From assembly GCA_965221725.1 (NCBI GenBank), contig OZ244909.1:2629925-2693924 (forward strand): 64,000 nucleotides of DNA, read 5' to 3'. The translations under genes and the position numbers were made by a program. The stretch comes from Gammaproteobacteria bacterium (GTDB lineage Bacteria; Pseudomonadota; Gammaproteobacteria; HK1). Below the pieces are notes generated by a model. That model saw only the letters and a list, made by a program, of their open reading frames with translations. It did not search any database and was not told the origin of the DNA. Below, piece by piece: positions 46,346 through 55,532 of this stretch (positions are counted from its first letter, which is position 1; every line of letters starts with the position of its first letter).

Positions 46346-48360
46346 GCAGGCAGTTCGTGCAACCGATTCGCAATATGGACTTTCAGCTTTTCGGACACCG
46401 ACAAGGTAGGAAAAGGACTGATTTTCAGTTTGTAGTTGCCGGGGATCGGAGAAAAATCAAAATAATAAGCAATCATCAGCATGGTAACGATCATCTGCAT
46501 GTTCATCCAATCGTACCCCACGCACATGTGGGTACCCAGCCCATACGGGGCGTATCCGTAACTCCGGTGCTCCTTGCGTGGCAACAGATAACGATCGATA
46601 TCGAATTTGAAAGGATCCGGAAAACTGTCACTCATGTAATGTGCTGCGGTTTGCATGATGTGTACCCGTTCCCCTAGCGGCAGTGCGTAGTCTTCCACCA
46701 CGCAGGAATTCGCCACATTTCGAACCTGCATGCTGACAACGGGATACATTCGCAGGCACTCCATGAGAAAACGAAGTGTCACGTCATAGTTTTCCGGGAT
46801 GAACTTCTCCCTGTCGGGATTGCCGTTATCGAAAATTGCGGTTGCCTCCTCCCGAATTCTCGCCGCAAGCTCCGGGTGTCTGGCCATCTCGAAAAGTGCA
46901 AATCCGAGGAGATCACCGACGTAGATACTTTGAAGTATTGGTGCGGCTGCCAGCATGAAGGGGAGGTTCTGCTCCGGCAGAAATTGCGGGTCACTGCTGT
47001 GCAGGCTGATGAGATCGTCCGCCAATTCTCGGACTGCTCCCGCCCGCTGGAAGGGCGTATGGCTTTGCTCTATTCGTCGCACGAAGGTACCGAGAAGTCC
47101 GAAACGTTTCTTCATGGCTGGAGTGCGGGCCATGAATTTCGGCATGATATGTCCGACATAACAGTTGGATGCCGTTTCCTTCCATTTCACCAATTCCTCG
47201 AAGATGTCCTGCGTGTCCGTGCTGACGGTAATCATGGTCATTTGCATATTGATCATCAGCCGAGTATCGCGCTTTACATCGATCTCCGAGTTATTTTGCC
47301 ACTTTCGGTTCGACATGAACTGTCGGGTCAGCCGACATATGTCGTCCAGTCTTTCGTTGAATTTGTCCGTTGAGTAGACGCCTCTCATCACTTTGCGAAG
47401 TCGGAAGTGATCAGCACCATCCAGGGACGTGATCAAACCTTGTGCGCCACAGGCCTGCTCCAGCTCACGAAAATAATTCCCGGAAGTCAGGTACATTCGA
47501 GCATTTCTATGTATCCATCGATTCGCCTTTTCTCCCGCCACAAAAGTCATTGGTTTCTGAAATGGTAGTCCTATCTGGAAAACCGGGCCGTATTGCTCGG
47601 TTATACTTGCAAATAACGCGGGAATGTTGCCATTCCAGAGATGCCGGTTCGACAGAAATTTCTTGATGGAAACTCTGGGAATTTTCTTTCTCAGAGGTGT
47701 GCTTTGTAAAGTAGGCGCGATAATTGTCTGTTCGACGCCGGAAGCAATTGTTCGATTAATCAACTCTACTTTGCAAATCCACTCGATTCGATCTTCCGTT
47801 TCCTTGTCCAGATCAAAAATAAAGCGAACGACATCACATGCATTCAAAAGACCGATAATAAGTGAATCTCGCGGATTGGGTATGATATCCGCGAAGAGCA
47901 CTTCTCCAATTCTTTCCTTGATGTACAGACCTGCGGGATCCTGGATGGCGTATTCCCTTAGTTCCGCATGCCAATCGGAGTAGTTCATTGTGTAGAACCC
48001 TCCATCATGGTGCTGCAGAATTCCCATTCGGACCAAGCGCTGCAATGAGGTATCAATGATGGTTTCCGAATGAACCGCAAGCCGCTCTATCCAGTAACGC
48101 GCTTCCTGCGAACCGGAATGAGACGCAATCTCTTCCAGGCACAGATCCAGAACCGAATCGCCTGTTTTGGTCGAATCGATCAGGAAAAGAGATTTTTCAT
48201 CCGTATCAATGCGTGATTTCAGGGAGAGGTCCGCCAGAACTGCCCCGATGAAGGCACAGTTCAGGGTCCAGCCTTCTACTTGATAGAAATATCCGGTCTG
48301 ATCGTTGAGAAGCATCACAACGAGTTCCTCCGGAACATTCAGCGCATACTTCGAGGTCAT
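46342..48360 (-). CDS. GPP34 (GOLPH3-like) domain - cytochrome P450 fusion protein
   Basis: The N-terminal ~205 aa (EELVVMLLNDQTG...GAVLADLSLKSRIDTD...TKTGDSVLD...WIERL...LQRLVRMGIL) fit the GPP34 pattern. The C-terminal P450 has ExxR (ECLR), DPFKFDIDR and heme motif YGLGTHMCVG. Confidence 0.8.
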   Translation of the reverse strand: MTSKYALNVPEELVVMLLNDQTGYFYQVEGWTLNCAFIGAVLADLSLKSRIDTDEKSLFLIDSTKTGDSVLDLCLEEIASHSGSQEARYWIERLAVHSETIIDTSLQRLVRMGILQHHDGGFYTMNYSDWHAELREYAIQDPAGLYIKERIGEVLFADIIPNPRDSLIIGLLNACDVVRFIFDLDKETEDRIEWICKVELINRTIASGVEQTIIAPTLQSTPLRKKIPRVSIKKFLSNRHLWNGNIPALFASITEQYGPVFQIGLPFQKPMTFVAGEKANRWIHRNARMYLTSGNYFRELEQACGAQGLITSLDGADHFRLRKVMRGVYSTDKFNERLDDICRLTRQFMSNRKWQNNSEIDVKRDTRLMINMQMTMITVSTDTQDIFEELVKWKETASNCYVGHIMPKFMARTPAMKKRFGLLGTFVRRIEQSHTPFQRAGAVRELADDLISLHSSDPQFLPEQNLPFMLAAAPILQSIYVGDLLGFALFEMARHPELAARIREEATAIFDNGNPDREKFIPENYDVTLRFLMECLRMYPVVSMQVRNVANSCVVEDYALPLGERVHIMQTAAHYMSDSFPDPFKFDIDRYLLPRKEHRSYGYAPYGLGTHMCVGYDWMNMQMIVTMLMIAYYFDFSPIPGNYKLKISPFPTLSVSEKLKVHIANRLHELPA

Positions 48361-48420
48361 GTCAACGGCATCCTTGGCTCGACCTGAAGCACTCCGGTTG
48401 CGGCAGCATCGGATGGCGAG

Positions 48421-51400
48421 TCAGACGGAAGCCAGCTCGATCCGGGGTGGTATCGTGTCTGTGGTGCTACCGGTGTTAGCGAGATTCTCCATTCGGCTCC
48501 GGCGGCGTTGCTCGTAGAGACCAAGAGCGTGCAGAGGAAAGTACTGCCGATAGAGGACATAGTCCAGAAGTGCGGTTCGGAAGAACACCCCTGCCATGTC
48601 CTGCTTGGGCCATGTTCCGTCGGGGCGTTGCATGTCGAGCAGGAAGTGGGCGCCGTGCGAAATCGCGGTCCAGTTGGATTCTCCCGCCTCGATGAGCGCG
48701 ATCAGCGCCCATGCGGTCTGGATCACCTGGCTTTCCTCGTGCTGAACGTATCGGCCGGTCAGGCATCCGCTGTGGTGCTCGCCCCATCCGCCGTCTTCCC
48801 GCTGGCGCCCCAGCAGCCAGTGACAGGCCGAACGAAGCGCCGGATCGCCGGGCTGGACCCCGGCGGCGAGGAGACCTCTGATCCCGAAGAGGGTGCCGTA
48901 AATGAACTGAATTCCCCATACGCCGCGCCACGATCCGTCTCTCTTCTGGGTTCGACGAAGCCAGACGGCAGCCCGAGAGACGGCTCTGGAGATAATATCC
49001 GTCATTATATCATCCGCTATCTCCGGCACATGCTCTCGACAAGCCGAGAGTGCCGCCAAGCAGGACCCCGTACATTCGACGAAGGAGTGCTCGGTCATCG
49101 ATTCGCCGAACATTTCGGCCGGGTTCAGCCACTCCAGACCGACGAGCGAGCGTCGTGCCTCGTAGCTGCCAAAGCCGCCATCGCGGTTTTGGCGGCGCAA
49201 CATGAACCTGACCGCTTCGCTCAGCGCGGCCGGATTCGATCTACCGCGTCCGGCGGCGACGATTCCGAGCACCGCCTCTGCGGTACAGTCGCTCACCGGC
49301 CACCCATGCCATCCGCCGGGGAAACACCAGCCGCCTTTGGGATCGGACCGATAGGCATCGCGGAATCCGTCGAAGCTGGTGCCGATCTGCTCTCTGAGCA
49401 GGAATTCGGCGCCGCGCTCAAGGGCATCCCGAGCCCCGTCGAACGTGGGAACCTCAGCCAGCGCCTGCAGCGCGAACCCGCTGTCCCATGAGGCACTTCT
49501 CGCTCCGGTGACACGCGCCCCCTGCTCCTCATCCTCCCAGATCCAGCCGTCCATTCGCGCCAGTGCCTGGTCGAGGTCGGCATCGTCCGGATCGCGCAGC
49601 CACAGGGCAAGCATGTTGAGAAGACCGCTGACTGGAGAGATGCTCGTATGATCGGTGGTCCGCAGCTCCCATTTGATCTGTCGGAGGATCTCTTCGGTGC
49701 ATCGGGCGCGCAAGCGCTCGCCGTGGAAGCGGTCTAACAGCCGCGCGAATCCGTACCCCGCCTTGAGCCACACACTCGGCCGCGCGAACAGATCCGCCTC
49801 CCGCAGGCACCCGCGGGCAGCGGAGAAATCCGCGCTGGCGAATCCTCGGGGGAACAGCTCTTCGCGTAGCGACGCGATCAAGGGGGTGACGGGCGCCTGG
49901 AACCGGTGCGCATAGATCACCGCCATCGCCATGTAGATGAGCCGCGTATGGCAGTACCAGTTCGAGGGGTGCAAGGGGACCCAGCGCGGCAGGCCCCACA
50001 GTTCCGGCAGGATGGCGTTGACTCCACGCCAGTCGTAGAGGTTGAGGAGCGCGAGCCAGAATTTCCCCCAGCTCGGAATCCCGATAATTCCTTCGGCCTG
50101 TATGAATCGAAGGGCCGGCCCGACCAGAGGGTCGTCTCGTTCGACGCCAAGCGACCGTGCCGCGACGTACACCAGCGCGGTGACGAAGAGCTGGGGCGGC
50201 GAGTGCTCGTGCATGCCCCACGCTCCCCCTTCGAGCCGACTCTGTTCGAAGAAGCGAAGCACATGCCGACGCCGGGTGGGTTCGAGCGGACGGCCGATGA
50301 TATGGTGCAGCAGCACATATTGCGCGGTCAGCATGGGACACCAGACCATCTCGCCCTCCCAGCCTCCGTCCTTGCTCTGAAGACTCAGAAGGCGATCGGC
50401 CGCGCTGCGCAATGCCGGACCGGCATCGGGCGATTCAACCTCCTTCGGCCGGTCGGACCTGGAGGCAACTCTCTCCGAGGCCATGGAGTGCAGAAACGCG
50501 CGGGCAAGATTGTACCGTACGCTCTCTTCCCTTTCCTTGCGCCCGGCTCTCACCTTGCGCAATTGCAGGGCCCCGCACATGAACCACCAGATACGGACGG
50601 TGAGCGCACGGAAGACGGTACTGAACCGATGCAAGGTGAGGCGGGGGGGACGGGACAGTGAAACTTCCCTGGCCAGTGCCCGGATCGCGGTTCCGGAAAA
50701 AGCGAGACTCATGCCGGCCACGGATCGGTCTTCGCATGCGAGGATCCGCGTGGTTCGATCGCGGTACCGAGCACTTGTCCGCCACCCCATATAGACGGCG
50801 TGTCGTAGTGCGTGCGCCTCGGCTCGATAATCGGCGAAGACTTCGTAGAGCCCCATGGCGAGCAACTCCGGCATGTGGGTATCCCGGAGCCGCCGGTTGG
50901 TGAAGTCGCGAAAGCTCTCGCTCTCGGCGAGGGCAAGCGCATCGCCGAAACCCAGGGTCATGCCGACCGCAGTCATGGGATGGTAGTGCCCGGCCGCGTC
51001 ACCGATCAGTACTCGATGCGAGTTCCCGTAGGCAGCGCGCGGCCGGAGTTGATTGGCCGCAAAGTGGAACTGCCTTGCCCGAATTGCTTCGACGAACTTC
51101 GATCTGAGCGCCTCCGGCATGAGATCGGCATAGGATTCCGTCAGAAAACCGACCCGGTCCCGTTTTGCCCAGCAATCCAACGGAACATCGATGATGATTC
51201 GGACGCAGCCATCCGCCACACTGTACGCGAGCACCGGGCCTGGTCCGCCGAGCAGTACATGGCCCTGGCCCTCGAAGGGCAAGTTCCCCCCCGTCAACGT
51301 GACCCCGACCATTCGCGAACAGTGAATGGGGTCTGTCGACAGCCCGAGCGATCGACGCACGGTCGAAGCCCGGCCGTCGGCGCCGACGATTCGCGCCGCG

Positions 51401-51873
51401 TTCAGGGTGTGCAAGGCGCCGTTGCAGCTATAGGTCAGCCGCTGGTCTTCAACCGCGGTGACCCGTGCCCTGGTGACAAAATCTATCGCCGCCTCGTCTT
51501 CGATGGCTTCCCGCAACTTCGAGACGAGCAACGTATGCTCGCATACCAGACCCTGGGAGCCTTTGGGGTAGGGAAGTGCGATCGGTTCCGATCCGTCTTC
51601 CGGGAACACCACGAATCCATTGCCGGCGGCGCTGCGGGGCAAGGTGTCGAGATCGATCCCGAGGTTACGCAGTATCCGCACGGCCGGCGGATGCAGCCAT
51701 TCGCCCGCCATGCGCTCGGCCGCCTTGGGGTTCGCCTCCAGCAGAGCGACGCGAGCGCCTCTTTGCGCGTGGGCCAGTGCACACACGTTCCCCACCGGCC
51801 CCGCGCCGACGATGACCACGTCGTAACACCGCGAAGCGGCGCCGTTCTCGGGAAGATGTCCGGCCGTGTTCAA
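48421..51873 (-). CDS. osc: Squalene epoxidase - oxidosqualene cyclase fusion (~1150 aa)
   Basis: FAD domain: VIVGAGPVG, GEWLHP and GDAAGHYHPMTAVGM. Cyclase: QW repeats (QSKDGGW, QNRDGGF, QKRDGSW, QREDGGWGE, QRPDGTW) and the OSC catalytic DCTAE (49276-49290). True start taken as TTG 51873 overlapping the cyp51 TGA. Confidence 0.92.
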   Translation of the reverse strand: MNTAGHLPENGAASRCYDVVIVGAGPVGNVCALAHAQRGARVALLEANPKAAERMAGEWLHPPAVRILRNLGIDLDTLPRSAAGNGFVVFPEDGSEPIALPYPKGSQGLVCEHTLLVSKLREAIEDEAAIDFVTRARVTAVEDQRLTYSCNGALHTLNAARIVGADGRASTVRRSLGLSTDPIHCSRMVGVTLTGGNLPFEGQGHVLLGGPGPVLAYSVADGCVRIIIDVPLDCWAKRDRVGFLTESYADLMPEALRSKFVEAIRARQFHFAANQLRPRAAYGNSHRVLIGDAAGHYHPMTAVGMTLGFGDALALAESESFRDFTNRRLRDTHMPELLAMGLYEVFADYRAEAHALRHAVYMGWRTSARYRDRTTRILACEDRSVAGMSLAFSGTAIRALAREVSLSRPPRLTLHRFSTVFRALTVRIWWFMCGALQLRKVRAGRKEREESVRYNLARAFLHSMASERVASRSDRPKEVESPDAGPALRSAADRLLSLQSKDGGWEGEMVWCPMLTAQYVLLHHIIGRPLEPTRRRHVLRFFEQSRLEGGAWGMHEHSPPQLFVTALVYVAARSLGVERDDPLVGPALRFIQAEGIIGIPSWGKFWLALLNLYDWRGVNAILPELWGLPRWVPLHPSNWYCHTRLIYMAMAVIYAHRFQAPVTPLIASLREELFPRGFASADFSAARGCLREADLFARPSVWLKAGYGFARLLDRFHGERLRARCTEEILRQIKWELRTTDHTSISPVSGLLNMLALWLRDPDDADLDQALARMDGWIWEDEEQGARVTGARSASWDSGFALQALAEVPTFDGARDALERGAEFLLREQIGTSFDGFRDAYRSDPKGGWCFPGGWHGWPVSDCTAEAVLGIVAAGRGRSNPAALSEAVRFMLRRQNRDGGFGSYEARRSLVGLEWLNPAEMFGESMTEHSFVECTGSCLAALSACREHVPEIADDIMTDIISRAVSRAAVWLRRTQKRDGSWRGVWGIQFIYGTLFGIRGLLAAGVQPGDPALRSACHWLLGRQREDGGWGEHHSGCLTGRYVQHEESQVIQTAWALIALIEAGESNWTAISHGAHFLLDMQRPDGTWPKQDMAGVFFRTALLDYVLYRQYFPLHALGLYEQRRRSRMENLANTGSTTDTIPPRIELASV

Positions 51874-53279
51874 CTGAATACACTCGGTTGCGCGCGGCGA
51901 CGGTAGGACACCCGGCACGGTGTCACTGGTCCTGTTACCCAGGTCCCGTAGTTCGGGGCAGGAAACTCCACCATCGGTTCGAAATCGAAGCGGTCGAGCA
52001 AGACCGTCCAGATCGCCTTGAGTTGCATCACGGCAAATTTCTCCCCCATGCACCGATGCTTCCCCCCGCCAAAGCCGATCAGGGTGTAGTGGTGCTGCTT
52101 GCCCTCGCTCCGGGGGGGGGCGAACCGCTCCGGATCGAAGCGTTCCGGATCGGCAAACACGTCGGACAGGCGATGCGACACCGCCGGAGAGATCATGGCC
52201 AGGGTCCCGGCCGGCACGGTGTGACCCGCATACTGCAACGATCGACGCACCTTGCGGACCAGCACGATCAGCGGCGGGTGCAGGCGCTCGCACTCGCGCA
52301 CCGTGCATTCGAGTGCCGTCTGCTTCTTGAGGCTCGCGAGACTCATGGCGCCTTCCTCTGCGTAGACCTCACGCATTTCGCCGCGGATCCGGGCTATCCA
52401 GTCCGGCGCACGGAACATCTCGAGCCCCATCCAGCTCGCAAGCACGGCGCTGGTATGCTGGCCGGCAAACAGCACTGTCAGCAAAAGCCCGATAATCTCG
52501 TCTTCGCTCAAGGCCCGACCATCCTTGTAACGGGCCTGCATGAGTGCCTGCATGAAATCTTCGGCTACGGTACCGGCCTCCCGGCGCCTCCTGATGATTC
52601 CGCCGAGGATCTCCGCAATCTTGCGTCGGGCCCGGTCACGTTTTCGATGCGCCGGGATAGGCAACCTCGGGAAGAAGAACCCGAGGAGGTTGATGCCCTC
52701 CTGTAGATCGTGATAGGCCTCGGCGAACCCCGAGTCCACCTGATCGCGGACTTCCTGGCCAAGCAGGCTGCGGCTGGCGATGTTGACGGTGAGCTTGTTC
52801 AGCGCCACCGGCAGGTCGATGGTCCCCTCCTCTCCGAGCGCATCGGCAAACCGACTGGCTTCGTCGTGCATGATGTGAGCATAGTTGCGCATCGGCGCGT
52901 CTCGCAGCGCCGGATACAGCAATGCCAACTGCTCCGCCATGACCTCGGGCGCGACATCGTAGGCGACACCACGTCCGAAGACGGGCACCGTGAACTGGTA
53001 GACGGCCCTGGCATCAAGCTGGTCCGCCGGCGCCCGGAAATAGCAATCGTGGGCCTCCAGCCCCGCAAACAGCACAAACCGGCGGGGGCCGAGCCTGAAG
53101 CTGACAAGCTCACCGTGTTCATGCTGGCAACGGTCGAGCATGGCTACCGGATCCTTTTGAAACTCCGGCAGGTGGCCGAGCAACGGCCAGCCACCGGAGA
53201 GTTCCGGAATCGATTTCCCCGTCGAGGAGGCGGACTGCGCTGAGCGCAGAGGCACTGCGATGTCGGACCGATTTGCCAT
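51870..53279 (-). CDS. cyp51: Sterol 14alpha-demethylase
   Basis: YQFTVPVFGRGVAYD (SRS1), LFAGQHTS (CYP51 I-helix), ECERLHPP and GFGGGKHRCMGE. Start taken at MANRSD. Confidence 0.93.
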   Translation of the reverse strand: MANRSDIAVPLRSAQSASSTGKSIPELSGGWPLLGHLPEFQKDPVAMLDRCQHEHGELVSFRLGPRRFVLFAGLEAHDCYFRAPADQLDARAVYQFTVPVFGRGVAYDVAPEVMAEQLALLYPALRDAPMRNYAHIMHDEASRFADALGEEGTIDLPVALNKLTVNIASRSLLGQEVRDQVDSGFAEAYHDLQEGINLLGFFFPRLPIPAHRKRDRARRKIAEILGGIIRRRREAGTVAEDFMQALMQARYKDGRALSEDEIIGLLLTVLFAGQHTSAVLASWMGLEMFRAPDWIARIRGEMREVYAEEGAMSLASLKKQTALECTVRECERLHPPLIVLVRKVRRSLQYAGHTVPAGTLAMISPAVSHRLSDVFADPERFDPERFAPPRSEGKQHHYTLIGFGGGKHRCMGEKFAVMQLKAIWTVLLDRFDFEPMVEFPAPNYGTWVTGPVTPCRVSYRRRAQPSVFS

Positions 53280-53287
53280 CTCTGTTC

Positions 53288-54400
53288 TCAATAGACAAAG
53301 GGGACCAGCGACCAGGGCACGCGCTTTCGGTAGCGCCCCCACAGCTCCCCGTACTTGGCGCGGCAGCGCCGCTCATCACGGCGCGCACGATGCCACAACA
53401 AACTTGCAAGCCACGCCGGCAACAGGAAGGGGATCCAGGACGCAAAACTGGTGGTCAGCACGAACGCGAGGTAGATGCAGATCTCGCCCGTGTAGTTGAG
53501 ATGTCGTGCGATCCCCCAGAACCCGGATACAAGCAGGCGCCCGTCGAGAGCTTGGGCGGGTTTGCCCCAGATCGTGATGGACGGGTCACGCTTGAAGCGA
53601 TGCTTTTGCCCGTTGGCGCCTCGGAACAACCAGAAGCCGAGCACGTACAGGAGCATGATCGCGACGGCCGCGAAAGGGCTCAACGGGGGACCGGATGCGT
53701 CGACCAGCCACCAGCCAGCGATGCAGTAGAAGAAGGGCACGAGCACGTAATCACCCCAGACGAGCATCCACCCGAAACGCTCGCTGACGATGTCCCAGGT
53801 ATGGATCATTCCGCCCTCGAACAGGAAGTAATTCAGTATGTACGCTATCGTCAGGAGCTGGTATAGGGCCATCGCCAGGGTCAGGTGGCCGTAGGTTTCG
53901 TATTGCACCACCGCGAAAGAAGCATTGAACAATGCCAGCCCGATGAGGGACGGGCGGTAGCTGAACAGCTTGAGATCGACCCCGAACCAGGCAGGGTTGA
54001 GTTCCACGCCGTAGAAGGCCCCGCGCCAGAATCCCGGCGGAGATTCGGTCTGCTCTCGGAGCTGCTTGCGGGTGCCTTGCCAATACAGCCAGCCGGAAAT
54101 CGCGAACGCGAACAGGTTTGCAGCCACGAAGAGCGCGAAGAAATGCGTATACAGGGACGACAGGGAGAACACGTCCAAGACCTGTGCAATGCCTGCCACC
54201 AGCGCGGTGAGCAGCAGCAGCGTCAGGCCGTTGAGCTTGTAGGTGACCGATATTCCGCCGAGGTCCGGCCCCTTGACCCGGCGCCCCGGCAGGAGCGCCG
54301 AGCCCACGAACAAGGCCCCGATGAAGACGGCTGTCATCACCGCCGCCTCGATCAGCAGCCCGCCCGAAAGGGGGGGGATCGGCAGAGGCAGATTAGGCAT
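53288..54400 (-). CDS. ERG4/ERG24-family sterol reductase (probably Delta14-reductase)
   Basis: YKLNG, GVELNP, DIVSERFGWMLVWGD, VPFFY, ANGQKHRFK, LLVSGFWGIARHLNYTGE and HRARRDERRCRAKYG. Confidence 0.9.
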   Translation of the reverse strand: MPNLPLPIPPLSGGLLIEAAVMTAVFIGALFVGSALLPGRRVKGPDLGGISVTYKLNGLTLLLLTALVAGIAQVLDVFSLSSLYTHFFALFVAANLFAFAISGWLYWQGTRKQLREQTESPPGFWRGAFYGVELNPAWFGVDLKLFSYRPSLIGLALFNASFAVVQYETYGHLTLAMALYQLLTIAYILNYFLFEGGMIHTWDIVSERFGWMLVWGDYVLVPFFYCIAGWWLVDASGPPLSPFAAVAIMLLYVLGFWLFRGANGQKHRFKRDPSITIWGKPAQALDGRLLVSGFWGIARHLNYTGEICIYLAFVLTTSFASWIPFLLPAWLASLLWHRARRDERRCRAKYGELWGRYRKRVPWSLVPFVY

Positions 54401-54410
54401 CGGTGTTTCC

Positions 54411-55532
54411 TTATGCGACCTCTGCCACCGCCGGTTCGGGGCTCGGCACCGCGCTCTTCTTCTCCCTGTCCAGATACTCCTGCCACTTGCGCACCGTCAC
54501 ATGCTGAAACGCAGGCACCACCCGGTTGAATTCGAGGGTACGGGCGTCCCAGTGCTGCTCATACCCCTCCTGTTCGGCTTCCAGCGCGAACCCGTCCTCG
54601 CAGAGCAGCGGACCGATGAGCACCCGGTTGGAGATCCTCATCACCACGTCCATTGCGAACCGGGGGATATGTATCGGCACCAGCGGGATCTTCAGGGACT
54701 TGAAATAGAACAGAAAGAATGCCCGCGTGGTGCGCTCGTTGATGGGCAGGACGAAGAGCCAGTGCTTGATCGCCTCATCGGTGTTCGACCACTGGTAGGG
54801 ATATTCGTAGCAGAGCTTCATCGAATTGGTGTCGATTCGGTTGCGATCGACGAACAATCCGGAAATGCGGCCGCGACCGACGCTCGTGTCGTAATCGACA
54901 TGCACGTTGTCGCCGATCGTCTCGCATCTCGTGAGCTGGGCGCCTTCGAACGGACGGTAGCGGCGGTGCAGCCAGGCGTGACTGAAGTCGCTGACGTTGT
55001 CGATCACCATCGAGTGGTGGGCCGACCAAGTGAAATTCAGTGGTACACAGGCCCACCGACCGGGACCTTCAAGCTCGGGAATCTCGGGAATACGGCGTAT
55101 TTCGGCGAGTTCCGGATTCCCGGGAAACATCCAGACCAGTCCGTAGCGCACTTTCACGGGATAGGTTCGGATGGAGACGTCCGGCAAGCCTCGCTCGGGG
55201 AGTTCGTGTGCGGCTTCGGCCAGCTTTCCGTCCGGACCGTACTTCCATCCGTGGTAGGCGCATACGAGCCGGCAGCCCTCTACCGCGCCGATTGAAAGCT
55301 TTAGCTGGCGATGTGCGCAGCGATTGTCCATGGCGTGAAACGAACCATCCGTGGCCCGAAACAGCGCAATCGAGTGCTTCCAGAAAATGACTTCGACGAC
55401 GGTCCCCGGCTTCATGTTGCGCACTTCCTCGACCGCATACCAGTAGTCGGGATCCATACCCGTGGCACGCACCTTCTGGCGTAGGTTGCTGGCTTCCTCG
55501 AAGCCGGGCGGACGCGATGATACGGGGGTCAT
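54411..55532 (-). CDS. sdmA: Rieske-type sterol C4-methyl oxygenase (SdmA-like)
   Basis: Rieske CAH...CAYHGW, mononuclear Fe DNVSDFSHAWLH...ED, and YPYQ...HWLFVLP..ERTTRAFF. Resembles Methylococcus SdmA as recalled; paired with an SdmB-like gene. Confidence 0.82.
   Translation of the reverse strand: MTPVSSRPPGFEEASNLRQKVRATGMDPDYWYAVEEVRNMKPGTVVEVIFWKHSIALFRATDGSFHAMDNRCAHRQLKLSIGAVEGCRLVCAYHGWKYGPDGKLAEAAHELPERGLPDVSIRTYPVKVRYGLVWMFPGNPELAEIRRIPEIPELEGPGRWACVPLNFTWSAHHSMVIDNVSDFSHAWLHRRYRPFEGAQLTRCETIGDNVHVDYDTSVGRGRISGLFVDRNRIDTNSMKLCYEYPYQWSNTDEAIKHWLFVLPINERTTRAFFLFYFKSLKIPLVPIHIPRFAMDVVMRISNRVLIGPLLCEDGFALEAEQEGYEQHWDARTLEFNRVVPAFQHVTVRKWQEYLDREKKSAVPSPEPAVAEVA

Noticed and set aside
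48421-51873. Interpretation as a squalene-hopene cyclase / hopanoid cluster
   Set aside because: The catalytic motif is DCTAE, not DxDD, the epoxidase is fused, and the neighbours are sterol-specific (CYP51, ERG24-like, DHCR24-like).
51874-52308. N-terminal 145-aa extension of the 1295-aa SE-OSC ORF
   Set aside because: It overlaps the 3' end of cyp51 in another frame and has no domain-like sequence. The TTG at 51873 overlapping the cyp51 stop is the more plausible start.
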